DNA from: Paecilomyces variotii
Lineage: Eukaryota
Direction: 5' to 3' (one strand)
Assembly: GCA_004022145.1 (NCBI GenBank)
Contig: RCNU01000019.1
DNA: 37,393 bases
This document shows, in pieces, positions 21,240 to 31,643 of the stretch (within the stretch, counting starts at the first letter, position 1; every line of letters begins with the position of its first letter). The notes beneath the pieces were generated by a model. It was not told where the DNA came from and ran no database searches. It saw nothing but the letters and a program-made list of their open reading frames with translations. Made by a program: the position numbers and the translations under genes.

Positions 21240-24219
21240 AATATAACAGATGATCCTATTACGGGATTGTAATGGCTCAACCCTAATATAATAATGAATT
21301 CCAACCCCTCCTGCAAGAAGAAGTATTAAAAGTCTAAATTTAAGATCCAACAGTTTAGCAACATGATTGAGGCTGATACGCGGAAAATGTTTTGGTTTAT
21401 TGTGTTGGTCGACATTGCCCCTTTAGACCCTTTCTGGGGATACGGCCTGGCCGCCAATTATGCTCTTTTGGATTCCTATATGGCCAGTATAATCGATATA
21501 TTAACACAAAGAGGCATCCGGCGCTTTGATGCTGAAACGCATCTTTAGGTTGCTATACTTAGTTATCTGGTGAATGCAATCTGTCATAATATGGATAAGC
21601 AGACCCGAGCCTTGGCTAACAACTTCGCCGCTATTACTATCCAGGACTACCCTGTTGTCAATCTTAAACAATACCTGAACTTAAGAGATTAGATACGCCT
21701 TAAGGCTGGTCAATATTGGCGGGCTGCTATTATAAGGATGAATGGCCTGTCTAATATAGCCCGCGAAGGCATCTTTATATAGGAACTGGATGCTATTTGC
21801 GAACAGGTGAGTTATAGGGCCCTATATATTTCCCTCTGGGATAGATTGACTAATGTCCCCGGAGCTGATTATGCCGTCTCCTCAGGATAGTTATGTTGTG
21901 CCGTGCTTCTTCTTCTTCTTCTTCTTTTTGCTCACCATAGTAAGATTTATGCTGACCGGTGTGGCGGGTTAGTCAACCATATGGGCCATTGAGGTGTACG
22001 AGCTTAAGTCCCTTGATAGGTTGCCGATCGTTCGGAACTGGATTATTAGAAATAAAATTAATATTACCTGCCCTGCTAGTAGAGGAGATCTCTTCAGCTG
22101 GTTCTATTAGGCGTAGAGCGGTTTAACACCCGAGCAACGGCAAGAAGTCAAGTCCTCTTATCTGAACTTTGATAAGTTTCTTATAGTGATTTTCGGCCCA
22201 GATCCCAGTTATTACTATAAGATCTATCCAATCATCAAACATGGCCTGTAAAATAACTGCTGCGTCCGCCTGTGCTCCATTCTGTAGACGCGCGAATATA
22301 TAGTGCTTGGGAACCTGTCCAGTGCCGTCAGCGCACATATCCCTCGCGTATATAATTTTTAGTCTCCCCCCCCCCCCCCCCCTTTCTTTTTTCTGACTAT
22401 AATGAGATCAATACTAACTGGCACTGCGGGCGCGCCAGTACTTCCTGGGGTTTATTAATAAGATCCTAAAATAGTTCAAAACTGTTATTAGTTTAGCGGC
22501 CGAGCAAATTAGTCCCTTAGATATAGATCTACTAATACATAAATCTAGCTATTTTACAGGAGTTAAGCTAAGACTACTATTCTTCCCTATTCTGTCCGAT
22601 TTTAGAGTTAATTAAGCCAAGCAGATGATTACCGGGAATACCGCCCGCCTAAATAAAGCATAGATGCTTAAGCACCCTAATACTAAGCCCAACTGGCCCC
22701 GCCTAGCGACGCCATTCCGCAATATAGATAGTAAAGCATACCCGTTCTAGCGCCTAAAGTTCCTGGCCAACTTGAATAATACTATATATATAGATCTCTA
22801 CCACCATCTCCTTAGCAATAATATAGTTAACGCCCCCTTTCTGAAATAGGATATAGTTATAGTGCATAATGCCCGGAAGGCGGGCTTGCTTACTAATCGC
22901 ATCCTAGGATATATAATCTAGTGGTTCAATCCCAATGCAAAGACCCCCGGCACTAAGAATAAGAATGCGCTCTTATGGTTCTGGGACAAGATTATAAAGA
23001 AATATATTATCAATCGCCGCAATAATATATTTATCCTCCCGCTCTGTAATGGCCCGCATGACTCTACAGCTAGTGCCCAGGCTCTAATTAATGCAGTCTT
23101 CCAGATCTGCAAGATTTACTATCAGGAGCTAGACACGGGCAAATACAAGCTGAAGGTACTATCCTCCCCTCCCCTCCCCTGCCCTTAAGCCCCCTGCTGA
23201 CCGATCTGTCTCTAGCTTAAGGATCTCCCCGCCGGCCCCAACAACTATAAGCAGACCATTATATATAACGCCTGTTTTGCCCAGCATCAGTAGAATAGTC
23301 TTTTGCTCCTGGCGTGGGATTTTACCGGCGGCGCGTTCCTAACTCCCGGCGGGCTTAAAGGATATTGGGACTGCACGCAGATCGTAAGTACCCCCCTCCG
23401 GCGGCCTAGTGCCCTTAACTAACCCCGCGGCCGGCAGGTCAATTGCAGTCTGCCCTGGACCATCTAGGGAGACGTCATAGTCCGCCATATGGCCACTGCC
23501 AATCCCGAGTTGCGCAGGATTATACCTATCCTTGGGTTAACCGCCCGGACCGACCTCTGCCATAAGGGCAATATATTTGGGGCGCATTTTATATACTGGC
23601 AGCTCAAGCAGATCTAGACTGAGAATCGCAGCCGGGCTCAGACGGCAACTGTTGGGCTATCTAACTAGCTAGGCATCCTGACCTAGATAAGTCTTTGCCC
23701 TATTCTTACTATGGTGAGAACTACCCTGCGCTGACCGATCCCCAATAGCACTAGCGCATTATTATTAAGGAGGCCTTACACTGGTATACTAAGCTGCTGA
23801 ACTTATTGTCGCCTAACCATATAGACCCCCTTAACCCGAACGAGCCCTTTCATACAATCCGCTTCTCCCACAATTTCTTCCCGAGTATATCTGCTACTAA
23901 TCATGCCCCTCTAGATACTATATAAATCAATTCAGCCCCCCAGGCAACTATAGTAATTAACTCAGTGCTCCTAACAGCCCCCATGCTTACTTCTATTATC
24001 TTACACATCCTATCCTGCATAATAGCACTAATTATCGTCGTGGACCCTTTTATAGAGATAGGTCCGCCGCAGACCCCCAGCATAAACTGCTTTATTCTTA
24101 ATAAACTCAAGCGCAGCGGGGCAGGCTATAGTTATTATTGCCGTGCCAGCAGCGGTGTTAGTAACTTAGGTAGTCCTAGCTCTAATCACAGTAGTCGCAA
24201 GAGGCTGAGGGGCCAGTGA
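21240..24219 (+). pseudogene. RIP-inactivated multi-exon gene of unknown function
   Basis: Long coding-like frames broken mainly by TAG/TAA at CAG/CAA-compatible positions. Clear introns at 23156-23215, 23384-23437 and 23687-23748 (donor mutated to ATAAGT); others at about 21808-21864, 21890-21972 and 22360-22438. TpA excess. Confidence 0.7.
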
Positions 24220-25386
24220 GCCTCCCCAGCAATCCCATAATAGGGAGTAAGATAGATGGGTTAGTGATTTAGGATGGTGGCGCGGTTTTTTTTCTTTTAG
24301 TTTTCTAAAAGTTCGGTAGTGGTTTAATTCTGTGCTTCAATCCGCCTCTTCCATGTATGAATAGTATTTTTCCCGATGTTTGTTAATACTTGAATACAAT
24401 CTCCGACTGCCGTACTGTGTCTTGTCTCCCCGTGTGGTCCGGGTGGCGCGCCAGATCGATGATGCCTTGGGGTGACCCCAGAATAGAGTACCTAGTGGGT
24501 CCGAGCCGCGCCGTTGGGGTGGATCCCCACGCTTCGGCCAACCTCCCGCGCTTGATAGGAAATGCCGATTCAGATCCTCACGCCGTCCCTTCGCCCACAA
24601 TCAGACGAGACCTTTTTCTCCATGGTGAGCAAAAGAACAGTTCTCGCGCTTCCGGTGCTCGTCCATCTTTGCCCCCCCTGGTCGGGGTTCGACATCGGTG
24701 ACGCCCCGCTGGCCACCCGCGTGGTTGCGTTGCCCTCCCCCTGTCTCTCAGCCAGCTTCCCCGCCGCGGCCATCGGGCCATCCGGTTTAGCGGTGAGAGA
24801 CGCAGCGCACTGTCTGTGGAATGTCGGTGCAGATGTGGCAGCAGCTGCTAGAAAGAGATCCTGTAGCCAGTTCTAGTATCAACTACCTTATTCTATTCGT
24901 CCTGACCTGATTTCCGAGTCCACACCTTGACACTCTTGTTCAATCCAGGAAATTTACATAACAATATCTATTGCATACTATCGAAACATATTGTACATAT
25001 GACTATGCATATAGAGGTATTTCGATTATATCATCCGGATAGACCGTCCTGCACAGTCGTAACTTCGTAATTTGTCACTTAAAACTCGATATTGCTTGTC
25101 GGCGAGGGCGGGGGGTAAGATATCTGTCATTCGGAAATGCAGAGCTGATCTGCTGCGATAAGTGCTATTGCTGTAGGATCGCACAATGTGAGGTATACAG
25201 GCCACGTATAAAATATGAAAGTATTCGATCATCGCTAGATGACACCAATATGGCGGAGGCGGGTTGGCTGGAGGTTCCGTTCTGCCACAAGATCAACAAG
25301 AGACCAGAAAAAGCCCCAAACTGATCTCTGGCGCAGTGATAAACGGGGAAGGAGAAGCGTCTCTGTATACCCCTTGATATTAGCTT

Positions 25387-28035
25387 TTAGCCAGAAGACG
25401 GGGTTGTCATGCTTTCATCGGATTCTGGTGGAGACAGTTTTCTCTTAGGCTGCTTACGCGGAACGTATTCGGCGACTTTATCCGCGTTGAAGCCATGGTA
25501 CAATCGTAGATGCTCTTTGAGGGCATCCGCTGAATTGAAAACCTTTGATATACAACCTGCAACTTTGCATTTTGAAGGCACCCAGCTGGGATCGTGACAT
25601 CTCATTTTGTGCCTTATATAGGCACCGTAATTGGCATACGGTTTTCCTCCGTTGCAGCCGTATTCACACGCTTGTGTGCTCTTCGTGTGACTCGTTATAT
25701 GCGTTGCCAGGCTGCTATACTTGGAGTATGCCTTTCCACAGCCATGGGGACAGACAAGTGCGGGTGGCGGCAATTTTGCGGGCGGCTTCGTAGGATCACA
25801 TCGAGACACGTGGGAATCAATGCGTCTTCGTGTCGGATGCTTGTAATCACACACGGAGCCGTCGACGAACTTGGTTTTGCAACGAAATTCATAGAGTGTC
25901 GGCGGGTCTCGGCTATTGCCGGTGGCGACAGAGTTATATAGACGCTGTGGTTCATTGAACATCTCCAGAGCCACTCTTTGACACAAGACAATGTTGATTC
26001 TGGCAAAGAAGCGGATGAATTCTTCTCCGGACATCTGCGTCCAGAACTGTTGCGACTCAGGTTCCATATACATGATATCTGCTGTAGCTAGTTTTTCCGC
26101 GTCGGTAAGGTGCAACGGTTCAGAAAAAGCATTATCCTTGCCGGGGGTTGGACTGGAGGAAGTCCCCGCTAGAAATTGCATTTCCTGGTCATCTTTTGGG
26201 ACATAATGAGAGCTGCCTGTTCCGCAGCCAATCAAGTCTTCAAATTGACTCATCATTGTCATTTGCAAGTCGACGTTGTCGTTGCCTGCTTCTACCGAGT
26301 CTCCATCTTCATCGTCACTAACCATGATTTGATCATAGCCAGAAATCTTTCCAGTTTGAGCCTCTGTGGTCATCAACAGGGCTGGATCTATATTGGACGG
26401 TGTTGTTTCCTTGCGCTCGACATTTGGGACCTTAATGTTATCACCAGATGCCTCGGCTTCAGTTGGGGTTATACCAGACGTAGTCCCAAGTGTGTCTTGA
26501 CCAGTCCTGTTTGAAGTAGATTTATGTATGGGGCCCTTCACCGCTTCCTCTTTCCATGCGTCGAACTCGGATCGGAACAGGGCCCTCGCTGCCTTACGAC
26601 GGTTGCTCTGCGATGAAGGATCAAGACCGCGTTCTTGACACCAGCTAGTGAGCTCTGGGGAATTCTTGCGTCTTCTTTTTTTCTTCATGGACTCGTCGGC
26701 AACAGGTGGGGCGAAGGGATCCTGGAAGGGATGGGAAGCTCTGGCTGTAGTGGTGTCGACGCCGAGTCCCCCCATATACATCTCCGTTACACCGGCGTGC
26801 AATGCTTTACGACTATGTCCCAAAGCCCTTGCGACATGTTCAGCACTTGTAAGAGGAAAAGCTTCTGCTGGCACGTGGGCGAGATCTCGGGCAGAACCGT
26901 ATCGGACAGCATGAGATGAGAGCTTTTGGCAAACACCAGCTTTAAGTCCCATATCCTGGATAGTAGCGCGTAATTGCTGGGTACGTGCTGGAATGTCGGC
27001 AGAGAGAAATCCATGCTGCTCGATGCCACATATGACAGGACGCTGGGGGATCTGCCAAACAACTTTGTGGTCACGTCGTGAAAAGGCTTGCTGCAGAACC
27101 TCATCTAGTGTAGTGAGCGGAGAATTGGGATCCTTCTGGGAAGCACATGCTCCTTGACGAAGAGCATGAATCAATAATAGCTTGACAGCGTCGATCGCGA
27201 ATAGCTCTGGAGCTTCATATTGTCTAACAATATGCGTACGAGCCTCGTGAGGACGGTCTTTTTCTCCCTTAGCGTAATGAAGGGAGACTCTCATGATGAC
27301 GTTCTCGAGGCATGGCTGTTTCTCCACTATCACTTCGATATGCTCGTATAGTAAGCATGCCTTCCCTTCATAATGCTGACTCAGTGCAATATCGCCAGCA
27401 CGAGAGCAACATGCGTGCATCAGTACAATGCTTAAGAGACGAGAGATGTGTATGTCCCACGACCGGCAGCCGTTTTCGAGCCCGTCTTCAATCCACGCTC
27501 TTGCCATATTTCGAAGGAGGATAAGACCCACAAAGCAGCCTTGCTTCCTGGCCCCTTTTATGAGCTTACCCTCCTGTCTGAGGCGAGCAATGCACGAATC
27601 AAGTCTTTTGGCTTCGCCATTCGTCATCCGATAGTCCGGATATCGGAAAGACAAACCATCTACAAGTAAGGAAATCGAGCCGCGAATAGTGTATTCTGAT
27701 ATGGCATGGCCCTCACCATAACGGGATTTCATGTTGCGTACCACCGTTTCGACAAACCGGATTAGCTCGTCACCAGTAGGAGGGCCGTCTGGGGGGTTTC
27801 TGGAAGTCGCCCTGAATGCGTCGAATCGATTCATGGTCATTTGGCGCATTTGCTGGGTGGATGGAGCGCCTCGCTGATCAGTAAGGGTCTTGAGTCGTTT
27901 CTTGGAGTGGGCTCGGTCTTCAAATTGGTTCTCTTGCATTTTCTGAATACTGGCAAAACCTGCTCGTGCAAATTTATTCACCGGCGGCTCGTCAATTTCA
28001 ATATCTGATGAATTGAAATCTTGCGTAGCTGCCAT
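25387..28035 (-). CDS. Tyrosine recombinase (phage-integrase fold) with a basic NLS and C-terminal C2H2/C2HC zinc fingers, 882 aa, intronless
   Basis: Catalytic set in the correct order: R212 (CCSRAGD), K256 (HYAKGEKD), H375-x-x-R378 (SSHAVRYGSA), H407 (RALGHS), Y420 (VTEMY). NLS MKKKRRRK; acidic linker; fingers CPHGC...HITSH, CEYGC...HKMRCH, CKVAGC...HLRLYH plus an upstream C-x9-C-x12-H-x3-C. Confidence 0.9.
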   Translation of the reverse strand: MAATQDFNSSDIEIDEPPVNKFARAGFASIQKMQENQFEDRAHSKKRLKTLTDQRGAPSTQQMRQMTMNRFDAFRATSRNPPDGPPTGDELIRFVETVVRNMKSRYGEGHAISEYTIRGSISLLVDGLSFRYPDYRMTNGEAKRLDSCIARLRQEGKLIKGARKQGCFVGLILLRNMARAWIEDGLENGCRSWDIHISRLLSIVLMHACCSRAGDIALSQHYEGKACLLYEHIEVIVEKQPCLENVIMRVSLHYAKGEKDRPHEARTHIVRQYEAPELFAIDAVKLLLIHALRQGACASQKDPNSPLTTLDEVLQQAFSRRDHKVVWQIPQRPVICGIEQHGFLSADIPARTQQLRATIQDMGLKAGVCQKLSSHAVRYGSARDLAHVPAEAFPLTSAEHVARALGHSRKALHAGVTEMYMGGLGVDTTTARASHPFQDPFAPPVADESMKKKRRRKNSPELTSWCQERGLDPSSQSNRRKAARALFRSEFDAWKEEAVKGPIHKSTSNRTGQDTLGTTSGITPTEAEASGDNIKVPNVERKETTPSNIDPALLMTTEAQTGKISGYDQIMVSDDEDGDSVEAGNDNVDLQMTMMSQFEDLIGCGTGSSHYVPKDDQEMQFLAGTSSSPTPGKDNAFSEPLHLTDAEKLATADIMYMEPESQQFWTQMSGEEFIRFFARINIVLCQRVALEMFNEPQRLYNSVATGNSRDPPTLYEFRCKTKFVDGSVCDYKHPTRRRIDSHVSRCDPTKPPAKLPPPALVCPHGCGKAYSKYSSLATHITSHTKSTQACEYGCNGGKPYANYGAYIRHKMRCHDPSWVPSKCKVAGCISKVFNSADALKEHLRLYHGFNADKVAEYVPRKQPKRKLSPPESDESMTTPSSG

Positions 28036-30399
28036 GGCTGTTGTAGATTGTGATGAAGCGAGCGTGTAAGCTGTTTGGATCGACCAGGTGAAACTAGAGG
28101 TCTGTCAAATCTCACGACGAAGCGGGTGGTACGGCGGTACAGAAACTAAGGATACATTTCATATTAGTATTTTGAAGTAACAAACAAGACAAGAGACTTA
28201 CAACGAAGTGCGTGACTTAGAAGTGCCACAACAACAGCAGAGCAAGTTAAGGGTAGCTGCTGAGAAGGTGAACATAGGATCTCACAAGATTACCGACTGT
28301 TCATATTAGACTATTTGATACAACTAGGCGAGCAAGAAGCTTACTATAAGATATGCAGCTCAGCTGCATCACAGAAGAAGTAATAGAATAAATAGGAGAA
28401 TGGGGATCGAGAATGAATGTAGAAGGATATGAAAGAAGAATTTGAAATTGTCAGAGAAAGCTTTGGCACGGCAATATCTGTCTGGGGATAAAACCCAGAC
28501 TGAAAATTTTGCTCGATAGCACGCTGAATGTGGGAACGAACGGTACTCGGCTGGACCACGATGGAAGATGAGCGAGAGACGATGAAAGATGAGGGAGAGA
28601 GGAAGACGAGAGAAATCCAGACCGAGGGGCAGGCCGGGTACTTGTTAGATCGTGGCCTCTTTATCTTCGCTCCTGCCTTTAGCAGAACAATGACGCAAGA
28701 GACAGCCGTCAGAACACTTACCGGAGCCTCACTGTCTGCACATTTCTCTAGGCATAGTCTCTTCTCCTCGAGTGAGATAACCTTTTGACCCGCATTACAC
28801 AGAAGGAAAGGGTCTGTATGCACTGGTGCCCTTGTTTCTGTTGCTTCCATTATGGAGCAGACGGACGATGTCTATATCTACACCTCCTTCCCAACCCCTC
28901 AAACTGCCTGGTATGCCAATTGCCGCGATACTGCTTACATCTACACGGTGGTCTCCCATTTGACGTTTCGGAAGTTGATATTAGAACTATCTTCTCGCAG
29001 TATTTTAACAGTAACCGTACATGTAAGTCTAATGTCTTTTAGATCTTCTTGACCGGGAGACGAATCTCGTATGCTGGAGCCGAGATCCCACAGGAGAGTC
29101 CGTGGGGGATTCCCATTGTGAATCAAATGCACCACCGATGTTCCGCAATGGCTCGATCTGGTTTCTCACCATGGTGAGATTGAAGCCATTATGAGTCCGT
29201 GTCTCACTGCCAGCGGTCGAACCCAAATCTCACCAGGTGAGATCAAGTAGCCTGACTTCTAAAACTCCCTCTCTCTGCCTTCTCACCTGGGCTCGCCGGG
29301 ACCCCGCACAACCCACCCAGAAGAGAAAGAGCGTGCAAAACCCCGAGCAGACCACCGTACCAAAATTCTTTTCTTCTCTTTCTTCCTCATCTTCTCTCTG
29401 TCGGTTCTGTCGATTATCCATGGACAGCTCAGTTCTATATCTCCTCTACCTCTCCTCCGCCATCCTCCTTGCTCCTTCCCTCGAAACCCAGCCTGCACAC
29501 CAGATTCTTTATCAGACTTCAACATCCCCGGGGCCCTTGCGAGTACGGTAGGCTATTGGTTGAGGGTATTAGGGGTTAGATATAGCCCAGGGACAAACAG
29601 CTTCAACTTCAAAGACCTGTCCGTGAAAAGAGGTCACGGTGATTACTTCAACATAAAGCCAGTCCGTGGATCTTCTCCACCAGCCAGTCTTGCCATATTG
29701 ATCAGAGGTTGGATCTCCATAAAGCTGGAATCCAGGGCATATACGGGTCTGCCGACAACCGCGCAGACGGCGGCAATAACGAATGGATTGGAAAAGCAGA
29801 CGCAGGCGGAGTTAGATGCAGAGAATTAGGGAGCCGGAGGACCTGCAGGAGAGAGATGGGGAATCCCGATATAGTCTTTCTTGCTGGTTACTAGCCCTTT
29901 CAAGTCAAATCTCACCATGGTGAGATTGGTGGCCCCTGGGTTGCGATTGGCCTAGCGCCCAGCCTTAACATTTCCACAGAGAACCTTTTCAACCTGTTGC
30001 CGTTCCTCCTTATCTTCCTACTGACCGTTCCACCCCCTGCTCTCTTATCATCGCTATCCCCTACACTAGGTTCCTTGATGTCGCACAAGATAGCCAACTC
30101 TACACCCTCATGGCGTTCCTGAGAACCCTCGCGGATATCCTGAGGTGATCGGCCACCTTCTAGAGCTCTTAGAGAAAATGTGCGCAATAATGTGCAGTTT
30201 CTGGGCCTTTCTCTGGCCAACCTGGTGGATTTAATAGATACAGACTTCTTTAGCCGGTCGGCCTCTTTTTGGCGCGGATTTAGATTCTGTATAGAAAGTA
30301 GGTTGCTAGCGGCATATATATATAACTTTGATAGAGCAATTCGCGGCGGAGAGCTGAGGGAATTTTTTAACATCTGTATATCTTACTTCTGTAGCTAGA

Positions 30400-31640
30400 G
30401 ATAGCAAGCTATTATTATATATAAGAACCTTACTATAAGAGACTTTATAAATTAGCAATTAGCAAACTATCTAGAAATCTTACTATAGTGAAATTAGTTT
30501 CAATTTAAGTTTAAATAATATTAGCTCTTATAAGACTATAGATTAATCTAGGTAATTTAAATTTATTCTCTATTCTTTTTAACTAGTTATAAGCTTAAGT
30601 AATACAGATAACGATAAAATAATGGTTTTTGTAGCTTAAATACCAGAACTTTAAATAAATTTAGAGGATAAAGCTTATCTTCTCCTACCTAGTAGGAGAA
30701 GGAGACTATATCTAGCTAATACTTATATAACAGGATGCTTATACCTTTATACCCTTCTCTAGTCGCTCTATTAGTAGATCTATATTAGAATCCCCCCTTT
30801 TTATTAAATTAATATCCTTATTATAACTCTCTTATATTTCTTATTTAACTTCTATAGCTAAAAATAATTATTCTATTCTTTATTTATAAAAGTATTAAAA
30901 TATTTAATAGTTATAATTAATTCTATAGTTATACCTATTAGCTAAATAATATTTAGCCTATTTATAAATAGTGTTTATTTTTAATTCTAGTAGGCTTTTT
31001 TTTAATTATTATATTTATTCTTAAACTATAATATTATAATCTATAAGTATATATAATATATTATAATAATTATAGTTATTAAATCTATTTATACTTTTTT
31101 AATAGTTATTTTAAATATAAGTAATATATATTTTGCGGAAATAATAATATTATTTTTATTTACCTATAAGTATCTAAATAATATATTAGTTTCTTTCTTA
31201 AGAGTAGGCTAAATATAAAGTATTTATCCTTTATTTTTAGAAGAATTTATAAGTAAACTAATTAATATAAAAAAGAGATATTATAAATTAACTAATATAG
31301 GTTACTTAAATAGAGTAATATTATAATAAATAACTAATATAAGGAAGAATTATAAATTAAAATATAAGAAAAGAAAATATTTTCTAATAAATAAAAGTAA
31401 TTCTATATTATCTTATATTATAAGGGTAATATTATTATTATTATAAAGAGAATCTATAATTATAAGATTAGTATAAATAGGTAATTAAATTAGCTCTTCT
31501 ATTTATATATTAATAAATTATATTTATAATAATAATATCTTTAATAATATTAATACTAGTATAAATATAAATTATAAGAATTAAGGAATAGATTTAATTA
31601 TTTATATAATTATTTCTATTATAGTAAAGTATTCTAATAA
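30400..31640. other. Heavily RIP-mutated AT-rich DNA of unresolved origin between the recombinase region and the retrotransposon
   Basis: Abrupt drop in GC near 30400, near absence of CpA/TpG, and a RIP-mutated copy of the palindrome at 30476-30495. Confidence 0.6.
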
Positions 31641-31643
31641 TAC

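Larger units (their letters stand above)
20715..30495. repeat. Dispersed palindrome family, consensus AATCTCACCATGGTGAGATT
   Basis: Copies at 29908-29927 (perfect 20-mer), 29164-29179 (perfect 16-mer), 29227-29243 (1-nt central deletion), 20715-20730 (15/16) and 24615-24629 (13/15). Transition-only variants at 21931-21946, 23703-23720 and 30476-30495; weaker copy at 22392-22408; half sites at 28083-28115 and 29281. Confidence 0.9.

Noticed and set aside
12372-22382. Microsatellites and homopolymers: (GT)n ~12372, (AACT)n ~13117, (CTT)n ~21906, poly-C ~22365
   Set aside because: Ordinary simple repeats.
24337-24876. GC-rich block with several overlapping ORFs
   Set aside because: Open frames are expected at this GC content and no frame could be assigned to a family.
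25387-28035. Calling the recombinase a Starship captain (DUF3435)
   Set aside because: The motifs around the catalytic residues differ from captains as I recall them, and no TTAC-type direct-repeat boundary was identified; needs an HMM search.
28344-30398. Short ORFs upstream of the recombinase (168 aa, 153 aa and others)
   Set aside because: No recognisable domains, low-complexity composition and conflicting frames; a decayed gene near 30.0-30.4 kb is possible but unsupported.
20715-30495. CRISPR-like array interpretation of the palindromes
   Set aside because: Eukaryotic context, irregular spacing from 63 bp to several kb, and no cas genes.
31612-31630. Further possible RIP-mutated palindrome copy
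   Set aside because: Needs too many transitions to be significant in such AT-rich sequence.
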